The position numbers and the translations under genes were made by a program. This document shows, piece after piece, positions 53,995-62,332 of a stretch of DNA of 64,000 nt. The notes beneath the pieces were generated by a model that worked only from the letters and a program-made list of their open reading frames with translations, had not been told where the DNA came from and searched no databases. Position 1 is the first letter of the stretch, and the number at the start of each line of letters is the position of its first letter. Source of the DNA: Eubacteriales bacterium (GTDB lineage: Bacteria > Bacillota > Clostridia > Christensenellales > Aristaeellaceae); contig JAVBTE010000032.1 in NCBI GenBank assembly GCA_031556335.1, positions 92 to 64,091 of the forward strand. The letters run 5' to 3'.

Positions 53995-54909
53995 ATGACG
54001 TGGCAAGAGACCGTGAACTTTTTTTCCCTGTGCCTGCCCAAAAACCTTGGCAAGGCCATCGGGGCCCTGCCCGCCGGGGAGCTGCGGGAAATTCGCGTTC
54101 GGGCCGGGCGGCCCGCCCAGCTGATGGTGGGCAGGGAGGAAAAGACCATTGGGGCCCTGGTGCCCTCGCCGGAACAGGTGAACGCCATTGCGGAGTCCCT
54201 ATCTGAACATGCATTGTACGCCCGGGCGGAGGAAACCCGCCAGGGGTTTGTCACACTGAGGGGCGGGCACCGCATGGGCCTTTGCGGCCGGGTCATCGCC
54301 CAGGGGGGCACGGTGCGGTCCCTTCGGGAGATCAGCTCCCTGTGCATTCGGGTGGCGGGCCAGTGGACAGGCACTGCCGACCCGCTGGCGGCCCGCCTGA
54401 AAAGCGACGCGGGCCGGCCGCAAAGCCTGCTGGTGATCGGCCTGCCGGGCACGGGAAAAACCACGCTGCTTCGGGACGCCTGCCGCCAGCTTTCCGACGG
54501 AGGCCTGCGGATGTGCGTGTCCGATGAGCGCAGCGAGCTGGCCGCAGTGTACCGGGGCATGCCGCAGCTGGACGTGGGACGGAACACGGATATCCTGGAC
54601 GGCGCGGGCAAGGAGCTGGGCCTTCGGTGGCTGCTTCGGGCCATGGCCCCGGACGCGCTGGTCACCGATGAGATCGGCGGGCTGGCGGACGCCCAGGCGG
54701 TGCTGGAAGCGGCCCAAAGCGGGGTGGGGGTTTTGACCAGCGTGCACGGCAGGGACATTGAAAGCGTCATGGACCGGGGCGCGCTGTACCACCTGATGCG
54801 GCGCCATGTGTTTTCGCTGTTCGCCGTGATGGATGAAACCCGCACGGGGACGGTGGCGGCCCTGTATGACGGCCGCATGCAGCCTTTGCAAATGGAGGCG
54901 AAAGCCTGA
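53995..54909 (+). CDS. spoIIIAA: stage III sporulation protein AA (AAA+ ATPase)
   Basis: Walker A GLPGTGKTTLLRD, Walker B LVTDEIG. First gene of a collinear spoIIIA operon. Confidence 0.85.
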   Translation: MTWQETVNFFSLCLPKNLGKAIGALPAGELREIRVRAGRPAQLMVGREEKTIGALVPSPEQVNAIAESLSEHALYARAEETRQGFVTLRGGHRMGLCGRVIAQGGTVRSLREISSLCIRVAGQWTGTADPLAARLKSDAGRPQSLLVIGLPGTGKTTLLRDACRQLSDGGLRMCVSDERSELAAVYRGMPQLDVGRNTDILDGAGKELGLRWLLRAMAPDALVTDEIGGLADAQAVLEAAQSGVGVLTSVHGRDIESVMDRGALYHLMRRHVFSLFAVMDETRTGTVAALYDGRMQPLQMEAKA

Positions 54910-55439
54910 TGCTGGGCGGTTTTGGGGCGCTGTGCTGCTTCGCGGCGTGCACGGGGGTGGGGCTGATGGCCCGGGACCGTTGCCGGGAGCGGCTGGACGC
55001 GCTGATGGCCTGGACGGACGCGCTTTCCGCCATGCGGCTGCTGTTTCGGGAGGAGCGGCTGCCCATGGACGAATTGCTATTGGAATGCGCCAAGGCGGCG
55101 GACAGCCATGGGGCGGCGGGAAAGGTGCGCCAGCGGCTGCAGGGCGCGGGCCGGGGCCTGGCCCTGGAACCCTCCCTGACCGTGGCGGAGGCGTATGGCA
55201 GGGCTTGCCGGGACACGCCCCTTCCGGCGGAGGGCCAGGAGGAGAAAAGCGCATTGGACGTGCTGTTCCGGCAGCTTGGCAGCGGCACGGCGGCCATGCG
55301 GGAACAGGCGGCGGCAGGGTGCCTGCGGCGGCTGGCCCTGACTGTGGAAAAAGCCAGGGAAAAGGCGGAAAAAAGCGGGCAGCTATACGCAAAACTGGGC
55401 GCACTGGGCGGGCTGATGCTGGCCATTGCGCTATGGTAG
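54909..55439 (+). CDS. spoIIIAB: stage III sporulation protein AB
   Basis: N-terminal TM, size, and position between AA and AC. TGATG overlap with AA. Confidence 0.78.
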   Translation: MLGGFGALCCFAACTGVGLMARDRCRERLDALMAWTDALSAMRLLFREERLPMDELLLECAKAADSHGAAGKVRQRLQGAGRGLALEPSLTVAEAYGRACRDTPLPAEGQEEKSALDVLFRQLGSGTAAMREQAAAGCLRRLALTVEKAREKAEKSGQLYAKLGALGGLMLAIALW

Positions 55440-55451
55440 GGAGGAACACGA

Positions 55452-55652
55452 ATGGTACAGGTGGATGTGCTGTTTCGGCTGGCTGGGCTTGGCATTATTG
55501 TGGCGGTCATCAGCCAGGTGCTGAACCGGGCGGGCCGGGAGGAGCTGGGCACGCTGACCACGGTGGTGGGGCTGGTGATTGCGCTGTTTATGGTGGTGGA
55601 GCTGGTGAGCCAGCTGTTTAGCAGCGTCAAGAGCATTTTCCAGCTCTATTAA
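55452..55652 (+). CDS. spoIIIAC: stage III sporulation protein AC
   Basis: 66 aa, two TM segments, FRLAGLGIIVAVISQVLNRAGREE. Confidence 0.85.
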   Translation: MVQVDVLFRLAGLGIIVAVISQVLNRAGREELGTLTTVVGLVIALFMVVELVSQLFSSVKSIFQLY

Positions 55653-55656
55653 GGCC

Positions 55657-56043
55657 ATGGAACTTTGGCAATGGACGGGCCTGGCGGTGGCGGCGGCCAT
55701 CCTGTGCATGGCGGTGCGCAAGCAGCAGCCCGAAATCGCGGGCCTGTGCGCCCTGGCGGCGGGGGCCATGCTGCTTGTAAGCGCCCTGGAGAGCGTGGCC
55801 GCCGTGCGGGAGACCTTTCAGCGCATCGCCGCCATGAGCGGCTTGCATGAGGGGTATCTGAACCTGATGTTGAAAATTTTGGGCATCGCTTACGTGGCGG
55901 AGTTTGCGGCCCAAACCTGCCTGGACATGGGCGAAAGCGGCCTGGCCATGAAGGTGGGCCTGTGCGGAAAGCTGACGATTTTCGCCTTGGCGGCCCCCAT
56001 GCTTTTGAGCCTTTTGGAAATGATCCTGGAGTTGGCGCCATGA
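55657..56043 (+). CDS. spoIIIAD: stage III sporulation protein AD
   Basis: 128 aa, LKILGIAYVAEFAAQTCLDMGESGLAMKVGLCGKL. Confidence 0.85.
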   Translation: MELWQWTGLAVAAAILCMAVRKQQPEIAGLCALAAGAMLLVSALESVAAVRETFQRIAAMSGLHEGYLNLMLKILGIAYVAEFAAQTCLDMGESGLAMKVGLCGKLTIFALAAPMLLSLLEMILELAP

Positions 56044-57194
56044 GAAACACAAAAATCGTATTCCTGGTGTGCGTGGCGGCGATCAGCCTTTGGCTGGCCC
56101 TGCCCGCCCAAGGGGAAGGCCTGCAAAAGGCCGTCACCGACCAGCTGGCCACCCTGGATTTGGGTCGGCTTTCAAAGGCGGTTTCGGAGCAGGAGCTGGT
56201 GCACGGGAACGCGGGGGATCTGCTGAAAAGCCTGGCCAGCGGCAAGCCCATTCTGGACGGGCAACAGTTGATGGACTGGGTGATGAACAAGGCCACGGGG
56301 GTTTTTCAGGACAGCCTGTGGCGCATGACCCGGCTTTTGATCCCCGCGCTGCTGCTGGGCATTCTGGCCCATTTGCGGGCCGATCTGGGGAAGGAGTTCG
56401 TGCTGAAAGCCTGCAATTACGCGGGCATGCTGCTGGTGCTGGGCTTTTTGGTGGCGGACATGAACGAGCATGTGCGGCTGGCCCAAAGCGCCATTTCGGA
56501 CATGGCCACCACCATGCAGGCCCTGTTCCCCTTGCTGGTAACGCTGCTGGCCGCCGTGGGCGGCACGGCCAGTGCCGCGTTTTTTCAGCCCACGGTGGTG
56601 GCCGCCAGCGGCACCATGACCGCCCTGATTCAAAACGTGACGCTGCCTTTGGCGGTGGGCACGGCGGTGCTGACCATGGTGGGCGGCCTGTGCGAGAATT
56701 TGAAAATTTCCCGGCTGTGCAAGCTGTTTCAGCAGGTGGCCCACTGGACGCTGGGGTTCAGCTTTACGGTGTTTATCGGGGTGATGATGGTGCAGGGCCT
56801 GGGCACGGCGGCGGTGGACGGGGTCAGCATCCGCACGGCCAAGTACGCCATCGACAACTTCATTCCCATCGTGGGCGGCATGTTTGCCGACACGGTGGAC
56901 ACGCTGGTGGGCTGCTCCCTTCTCATTAAAAACGCGGTGGGCATTTTGGGGCTTCTGCTGCTGGCGGGCAAGCTGCTGACGCCCATTTTGCAAACGGTGT
57001 GCACCTTGCTACTATACAACGCCACCGCCGCCGTGCTGGAACCCGTGGCGGACTCGCCCCTAAGCCGCCTGATTGGCGATTTTTCCCAGGTGTATACGCT
57101 GCTGTTCATCATCCAGCTGAGCGTAGGGGCCATGTTTGTGCTGCTGGTGGCCCAAATGTTGGTGGTGGGGACTTTGACGGTGATGCTGAGGTGA
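56040..57194 (+). CDS. spoIIIAE: stage III sporulation protein AE
   Basis: Signal peptide MRNTKIVFLVCVAAISLWLALPAQGEG, then a polytopic region with IRTAKYAIDNFIPIVGGMFADTVDT. ATGA overlap with AD. Confidence 0.85.
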   Translation: MRNTKIVFLVCVAAISLWLALPAQGEGLQKAVTDQLATLDLGRLSKAVSEQELVHGNAGDLLKSLASGKPILDGQQLMDWVMNKATGVFQDSLWRMTRLLIPALLLGILAHLRADLGKEFVLKACNYAGMLLVLGFLVADMNEHVRLAQSAISDMATTMQALFPLLVTLLAAVGGTASAAFFQPTVVAASGTMTALIQNVTLPLAVGTAVLTMVGGLCENLKISRLCKLFQQVAHWTLGFSFTVFIGVMMVQGLGTAAVDGVSIRTAKYAIDNFIPIVGGMFADTVDTLVGCSLLIKNAVGILGLLLLAGKLLTPILQTVCTLLLYNATAAVLEPVADSPLSRLIGDFSQVYTLLFIIQLSVGAMFVLLVAQMLVVGTLTVMLR

Positions 57195-57198
57195 GGAA

Positions 57199-57711
57199 AT
57201 GGCCGGTTTTTTGCGGAACATCGTGGCCCTTTCGGGGATCTGGGCCCTGTGCGAGCTGCTGCTGCCGGAGGGCGGCGTGCAGAAAATGGCCCGGCTGTTC
57301 ATCAGCCTGTTGGTGATGACGGTTTTGGTGGCCTCCCTGGCGGACGCGCTGTCGGAGTTGGGCGGCAAAAGCCTGCCCTCCTTGGCAGGGGCCCTGGGGG
57401 ACGTGGCCAGGGAAAGCGCCTCCGCCCCCTTGGCGGCGGAGGCTGGCTATACCCAGGCCTATTTGCGGTCCCAGGCCAACCAGGCGGAGGACGCCTGCGT
57501 GCGCATCGCCAAAAACGCCGGGTATGTCGCCCGGGCGAAGGTCTACCTGCAGGCCGGCGGAGCCCTGGAAAGGATCGAGCTGTTGGTGGAAGGCCCCCTC
57601 CGGCAGGACAGCCCGCCGCTGATTGACCCGGAGCAGCTTCGGCAGACCATTACAAAGGCTTTTCAGGCGGAGGATGCCCGCGTGAGGCTGGATGGGGATG
57701 AGACACGGTGA
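57199..57711 (+). CDS. spoIIIAF: stage III sporulation protein AF
   Basis: N-terminal LRNIVALSGIWALCELLLPEGGVQKMARLFISLLVM, and its position in the operon. Confidence 0.75.
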   Translation: MAGFLRNIVALSGIWALCELLLPEGGVQKMARLFISLLVMTVLVASLADALSELGGKSLPSLAGALGDVARESASAPLAAEAGYTQAYLRSQANQAEDACVRIAKNAGYVARAKVYLQAGGALERIELLVEGPLRQDSPPLIDPEQLRQTITKAFQAEDARVRLDGDETR

Positions 57712-58082
57712 AAGCATTGCTTGGGGGGCTGAAAGGAAAGCGCCTGTGGTGGGTTTTGGCGGGGCTGCTGGTGATTGTCTGCGCGTTTGCGGCTTTTCAG
57801 GGGCCGGGCACCACGGCCACGGGCGGCAGCACAGAGGAAAAGCGCATTGCCCAGGTGCTGTCCGCCATTGCGGGGGCGGGGCAGGTGGAGGTGGCGCTGT
57901 TTTATGAAACAGAAGTCGCGGCCTTTGGGGGCGGCGGGAAAGCAAGGCCCATTGGCGCGGTGGTGGTGGCCCAGGGCGCGGAGGACATGGGGGTGCGGCT
58001 GTCCCTGATTCGCGCCATGCGAACGCTGCTGGGCCTGCCGGAAACCGCGGTCGATGTATTTGTAATGGAGGAGAGAAAATGA
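57708..58082 (+). CDS. spoIIIAG: stage III sporulation protein AG, short form
   Basis: One TM plus the C-terminal GAVVVAQGAEDMGVRLSLIRAMRTLLGLPETAVDVFVME, which is typical of SpoIIIAG. GTGA overlap with AF. Confidence 0.7.
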   Translation: MKALLGGLKGKRLWWVLAGLLVIVCAFAAFQGPGTTATGGSTEEKRIAQVLSAIAGAGQVEVALFYETEVAAFGGGGKARPIGAVVVAQGAEDMGVRLSLIRAMRTLLGLPETAVDVFVMEERK

Positions 58083-58624
58083 CAAACACATGGAAGAAGC
58101 AGGAAAAACCAAAGCGCAAGGGCTCCGGGGCGCGGATTTTGGTGCTGTCCGGCCTGTTGGCCCTGGCGGGCGTTCTTTTGTGGACGCAGCAAGGGGGCCT
58201 GTTTACCGGCGCAAGCAAAGGCGGCGGGTCTGCCGCGCAGCCGCCCGCAACCACCCGGCAACCCCAGCCCACGGCCCAGGGCCGGAGAACCCTGCGGGAA
58301 GAGGCCTATGACAAGGACATGGCCTCTTTGAAGGCGCTGACGGAAAACCAGGGGGTGAACGCCGACATCCGGGAGGACGCGGCCAAGCGGATAGAGCAAA
58401 TGGTGGCCGGGCACCAAACGGAGCTTGCCATTGACGAAGCCCTGCGCGGCGCGGGCTTTGCCCCCAGCCTGACCTTGCTTGAAAACGGCGCCCTCACCGT
58501 GATGGTGGAGGCGCAGACGTTGACCGGAACGCAAAGCGCCACGATCCTGTCGCTGTGCGCGTCTCATACGGACGTGGGGGTGGAGAATATTCGCATTATG
58601 ACCGGGGAAACAATGGAAAAGTGA
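58079..58624 (+). CDS. spoIIIAH: stage III sporulation protein AH
   Basis: N-terminal TM, coiled region, and C-terminal ...TVMVEAQTLTGTQSATILSL...ENIRI, consistent with the SpoIIIAH RBM. ATGA overlap with AG. Confidence 0.75.
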   Translation: MTNTWKKQEKPKRKGSGARILVLSGLLALAGVLLWTQQGGLFTGASKGGGSAAQPPATTRQPQPTAQGRRTLREEAYDKDMASLKALTENQGVNADIREDAAKRIEQMVAGHQTELAIDEALRGAGFAPSLTLLENGALTVMVEAQTLTGTQSATILSLCASHTDVGVENIRIMTGETMEK

Positions 58625-58648
58625 GCGAACAAAAGAAAAACGCGCTTC

Positions 58649-59062
58649 TTATTCTTTCGCTGTTTTTTCGTCTTTGCTTCCTTCTTCTTTTTCCTTGCTG
58701 TGGGCAAGCAGGGGAAACACATCCCTGGCCTGCAGCTTTTTCCGCTCCAGGTGCTTTTCCTCCACGCCGATTTCCCAATGCAGCAGCAGCGTCAACAGGC
58801 TGCGCAGCAAAATGACCGCCGCAAGGGTGCCCAGCTCGTTCCAGCCGCTGACGATGACCGAGCGCAGCACCTCGCTACCCACCTTAAACTCCAGGCCCAG
58901 CATAATGCCCTGGGCCAGCTGGATGCGGGTGTGCTCGTCCTTGCGAAGATAGCCGACAAACCCCCGAATCATGCTGATGACGATGACCGCGATGCCCGCC
59001 AGTTCGATGAGCAGGATGCAGCCCCGCACAAAAAGGTCAAAGTAATGCTCTAAAGGCGCCAT
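58649..59062 (-). CDS. DUF1622 membrane protein
   Basis: RIQLAQGIMLGLEFKVGSEVLRSV...LAAVILLRSLLTLLLHWE. Confidence 0.7.
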   Translation of the reverse strand: MAPLEHYFDLFVRGCILLIELAGIAVIVISMIRGFVGYLRKDEHTRIQLAQGIMLGLEFKVGSEVLRSVIVSGWNELGTLAAVILLRSLLTLLLHWEIGVEEKHLERKKLQARDVFPLLAHSKEKEEGSKDEKTAKE

Positions 59063-59120
59063 GCACAATACTCCTTTGCAGGTGAATTTGTGTTACAATG
59101 CTTCCGAGGTGGAAGAGCAC

Positions 59121-60302
59121 ATGATACTTCAATTATACATACATATCCCGTTTTGTAAATCCAAATGCTTATATTGCGATTTTTGCTCCCATCCCGCGCC
59201 CGTGGGGGAGATGGAGGCGTACGGCGAATGCCTGCAAAAGGAAATCGCGCTGGCGGCGGCGCGGTACCCGGAAAGCGAGGTGTCCACCGTTTTTGTGGGG
59301 GGCGGAACCCCCTCTTTGCTGCCCCCGGCGGTGTTGGAAGGCATCCTTGGGGCTGTGAAACGGCATTTTGTTTTGCTGCCAAACGCGGAGTTCACCGCCG
59401 AGGCCAACCCAGGCACCCTGACGGCGCAGTGGCTGGAAACAGCCCGGCGCTATGGGCTGAACCGTTTGTCCCTGGGCATGCAAGCGGCCCAGGACCGACT
59501 GCTTCAGGGGGTGGGGCGCATCCACCGGTTTCCGGATGTGCAGGCCGCCGCCGCCCTGGCGAAAAGCCAGGGAATTTTGAATATGAACCTGGACGTGATG
59601 TTCGGCCTGCCGGAGCAAAGCCTTCAGGATTACCTGGAAACCCTGGAGGCGGCCCATTCCCTGGCCCCGGCCCATGTGTCCGCGTACAGCCTGATCGTGG
59701 AGGAGGGCACGCCGCTTTTGGACCGGGTGGAACAAGGAACCGTCAGGCTTCCCCCAGAGGACGAGACGGCGGAAATGGCGCAAAAGGGCGGGGAATGGCT
59801 GGAAAACCGGGGATATGCCCGTTATGAGATCAGCAATTACGCACGGCCCGGGTTTGCATGCAGGCATAACCTGGGCTATTGGCATGGGGCCTGGTATGCG
59901 GGCCTGGGCCTGGGCGCCCACAGCATGCTGCCGCTTGCGGACGGGCGGGAAGGCAGCTATCTTCGGTGTGAAAACACCACAAGCATGGAAGCATACGCAA
60001 ACAGCGTGGCAAGCGGCCGGCTGCCCCGGGCGGCGGCAACGCCGGTTCCCTTGGAGGACGCCATGTTTGAAACCATGATGCTGGGGCTGCGCACCCTTGG
60101 GGGCGTGGGGGAAAAGGAATTTGAGGCGCGGCACCAAAAGGCTTTAAGCGCCGTGTATGGGCCGCAAATGGAGCGGCTGCTGGCGGAAGGGCTGGCGGTT
60201 TGGCGGCAAGGTCCGGAGAATTTCAAAGAAGGCCGTTTTTTTGCTTTGACGCCCCGGGGCATGGACGTTCAAAACGGCGTTTTGCTCCGGCTGATGGAGT
60301 GA
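59121..60302 (+). CDS. hemW: radical SAM heme chaperone HemW (HemN-like, oxygen-independent coproporphyrinogen oxidase family)
   Basis: LYIHIPFCKSKCLYCDFCS contains the CxxxCxxC motif, then GGGTPSLL. GAGGTGGA lies 7 nt before the ATG at 59121. Confidence 0.9.
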   Translation: MILQLYIHIPFCKSKCLYCDFCSHPAPVGEMEAYGECLQKEIALAAARYPESEVSTVFVGGGTPSLLPPAVLEGILGAVKRHFVLLPNAEFTAEANPGTLTAQWLETARRYGLNRLSLGMQAAQDRLLQGVGRIHRFPDVQAAAALAKSQGILNMNLDVMFGLPEQSLQDYLETLEAAHSLAPAHVSAYSLIVEEGTPLLDRVEQGTVRLPPEDETAEMAQKGGEWLENRGYARYEISNYARPGFACRHNLGYWHGAWYAGLGLGAHSMLPLADGREGSYLRCENTTSMEAYANSVASGRLPRAAATPVPLEDAMFETMMLGLRTLGGVGEKEFEARHQKALSAVYGPQMERLLAEGLAVWRQGPENFKEGRFFALTPRGMDVQNGVLLRLME

Positions 60303-60376
60303 AAGAATGAATTTGACCTTATTTTACCTTCGTTTCAAACAAATATGAACAAATGAAAAATTGGATGGAAAAAGGC

Positions 60377-60405
60377 TTGACAAAATCAAGCGTGGAGCAT
60401 ATGAT
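60377..60405 (+). promoter_or_regulatory. sigma-A promoter of the hrcA-grpE-dnaK operon
   Basis: TTGACA (60377-60382), 17 nt, TATGAT (60400-60405). Confidence 0.7.
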
Positions 60406-60414
60406 ATGCATGTG

Positions 60415-60441
60415 TTAGCACTCAAACGGAACGAGTGCTAA
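60415..60441. promoter_or_regulatory. CIRCE operator (HrcA binding site)
   Basis: TTAGCACTC-aaacggaac-GAGTGCTAA is a perfect match to the TTAGCACTC-N9-GAGTGCTAA consensus, 10 nt downstream of the -10. Confidence 0.93.
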
Positions 60442-60536
60442 CAACCGGAAGGTCAGAGTCCCGGCCGAAGGCCAAAGGCCGTGGGGCGGGCGAAATCCGA
60501 GGGACGCCGAAAGGCGGAAGGGAGGTGTTGCGGCTT

Positions 60537-61565
60537 ATGAGCATGGATGCGCGGAAGTTTCGCATTTTGCAGGCGATTATTGACGACTATATTCTGACCG
60601 CCATTCCCGTGGGCAGCCGCACCATTTCCAAAAAGTATGAAACGGGCCTGTCCTCCGCCACCATTCGCAATGAAATGAGCGACCTGGAGGAGCTGGGCTA
60701 TTTGGACCAGCCCCACGTCAGCGCGGGGCGGGTGCCAAGCCCCAAGGCTTATCGCCTGTACGTGGACCAGCTTTTGAAGCAGGGCAAAATCAGCGAGGCC
60801 GACGTGGCGGGCATTCGGGAGCATTTTTCGGACCGGGTTCGGCAAATGGAGGACGTCATCGGCCACGCGGCCCAGGTGCTTTCCAGCCTGACCCACTATA
60901 CGGGCCTGGTGATGAGCCCCAAGGGCGTGGAGATGCGCATTCGCAATTTGCAGCTGGTGCCCGTGTCCGCCGCCAGCGCGCTGGTGGTGATCGTCACCGA
61001 CGGCGGCATCGTGCGGGATACGGTGATCCGGGTGGGAAACGATATGGACGCGGACGCGCTGTATGCCATCAGCCGGATGCTGACGGAGCAATTGGGCGGC
61101 CATACCCTGTCCGAGGCAAGGCGGCTGATTGCCGGGGCCAGCGCGGATGTGCAGCGGAAGCAGGAGATGCTCAGCGGCATTTCCGAGCTGATCGCCGATG
61201 TGGAGCAGCAGCAGGGCAAGGGCAAGCTGGCGGTGGTGGGTACCAGCAACATCCTTAATTTTCCCGAGTATAGCGACGTGGAGAAGGCCAAAAGCTTTCT
61301 TTCCGTACTGGAGGGCAAGGAGCGGCTTTTGGGGCTGCTGGAGCAGCACCAGGAAATGGCCTTTACCGTGCGCATCGGCCCGGAAACAGGCATCCCGGAG
61401 CTTTCGGACTGCTCGCTGGTGACGGCCACCTACCGGCTTGGAGACCACCAGCATGGCACCATCGGCGTGATTGGCCCCACCCGGATGCAGTACGGCCACG
61501 TGCTGGGCGTGCTGGGCGCCATGGGCGACATGCTGACCCAGCTGCTTCGGCCGGAGAAGGAGTGA
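60537..61565 (+). CDS. hrcA: heat-inducible transcriptional repressor HrcA
   Basis: MSMDARKFRILQAIIDDYILTAIPVGSRTISKKY...SSATIRNEMSDLEELGYL. Confidence 0.92.
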   Translation: MSMDARKFRILQAIIDDYILTAIPVGSRTISKKYETGLSSATIRNEMSDLEELGYLDQPHVSAGRVPSPKAYRLYVDQLLKQGKISEADVAGIREHFSDRVRQMEDVIGHAAQVLSSLTHYTGLVMSPKGVEMRIRNLQLVPVSAASALVVIVTDGGIVRDTVIRVGNDMDADALYAISRMLTEQLGGHTLSEARRLIAGASADVQRKQEMLSGISELIADVEQQQGKGKLAVVGTSNILNFPEYSDVEKAKSFLSVLEGKERLLGLLEQHQEMAFTVRIGPETGIPELSDCSLVTATYRLGDHQHGTIGVIGPTRMQYGHVLGVLGAMGDMLTQLLRPEKE

Positions 61566-61570
61566 CCCCC

Positions 61571-62233
61571 ATGGCAAAGAAAAAGAATCAACAACATAGC
61601 AAAGGAACGCCGCAGGACATGGAAAACACACAGGAAATGATGAACGACGGGAACCTGGAAGCCATCGATACTTTGGGAAGCGAGCTGGAAGCCCTGACGG
61701 ATGCGGCCGCAGGCCGCGAAGCGGCGGACGCGGAGGAAAGCGCCCGCGCCCTGATGGAGGCCCAAACCCGGGCCGCGGAGCTGACCTGTGCGCTGGAAGC
61801 CGCGAAGGAAAAGCAGGACGAATACCTGAACATGGCCCAACGGGTGCAGGCGGATTTTGAAAACTTCCGCCGCCGGAACCAGAACGTGCGCAAGGAAGCC
61901 TTTGACGAAGGGGCCAGAGGGCTGGCCACGGTGCTGTTGCCCGTTTTGGACAATTTGGAGCGAGCCCTGGGCGCGGCCAAAGAAACCCCTGACCCGGCCC
62001 TTCGGGAGGGCGTGGAAATGGTATGCCGCCAGCTGCTGGAAGTGTTTGACAAGCGCGGCATCACCCCCATTGACCGCCTGGGGGAGAAGTTTGACCCCAA
62101 CCTGGAAAACGCCGTGCTGCAAGGCGCGCCCGAGGACGGAGAGCCGGGCACGGTGTGCGAGGTGTTCCAGAAGGGGTACCAGATGGGCGACGCCATCCTT
62201 CGCCACGCCATGGTGAAGGTTGTGCCCGAATAA
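61571..62233 (+). CDS. grpE: nucleotide exchange factor GrpE
   Basis: YLNMAQRVQADFENFRRRN...GYQMGDAILRHAMVKV. AAGGAG lies 8 nt before the ATG at 61571. Confidence 0.92.
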   Translation: MAKKKNQQHSKGTPQDMENTQEMMNDGNLEAIDTLGSELEALTDAAAGREAADAEESARALMEAQTRAAELTCALEAAKEKQDEYLNMAQRVQADFENFRRRNQNVRKEAFDEGARGLATVLLPVLDNLERALGAAKETPDPALREGVEMVCRQLLEVFDKRGITPIDRLGEKFDPNLENAVLQGAPEDGEPGTVCEVFQKGYQMGDAILRHAMVKVVPE

Positions 62234-62332
62234 AGAAGGTAGTGGCGGGGAGAAAGCCTCCCTGTTCTACATAGATTCGCTGAATATTGAAAAAATCGCG
62301 TATGAAACGCATGTCTGAGGAGGATACACTTA

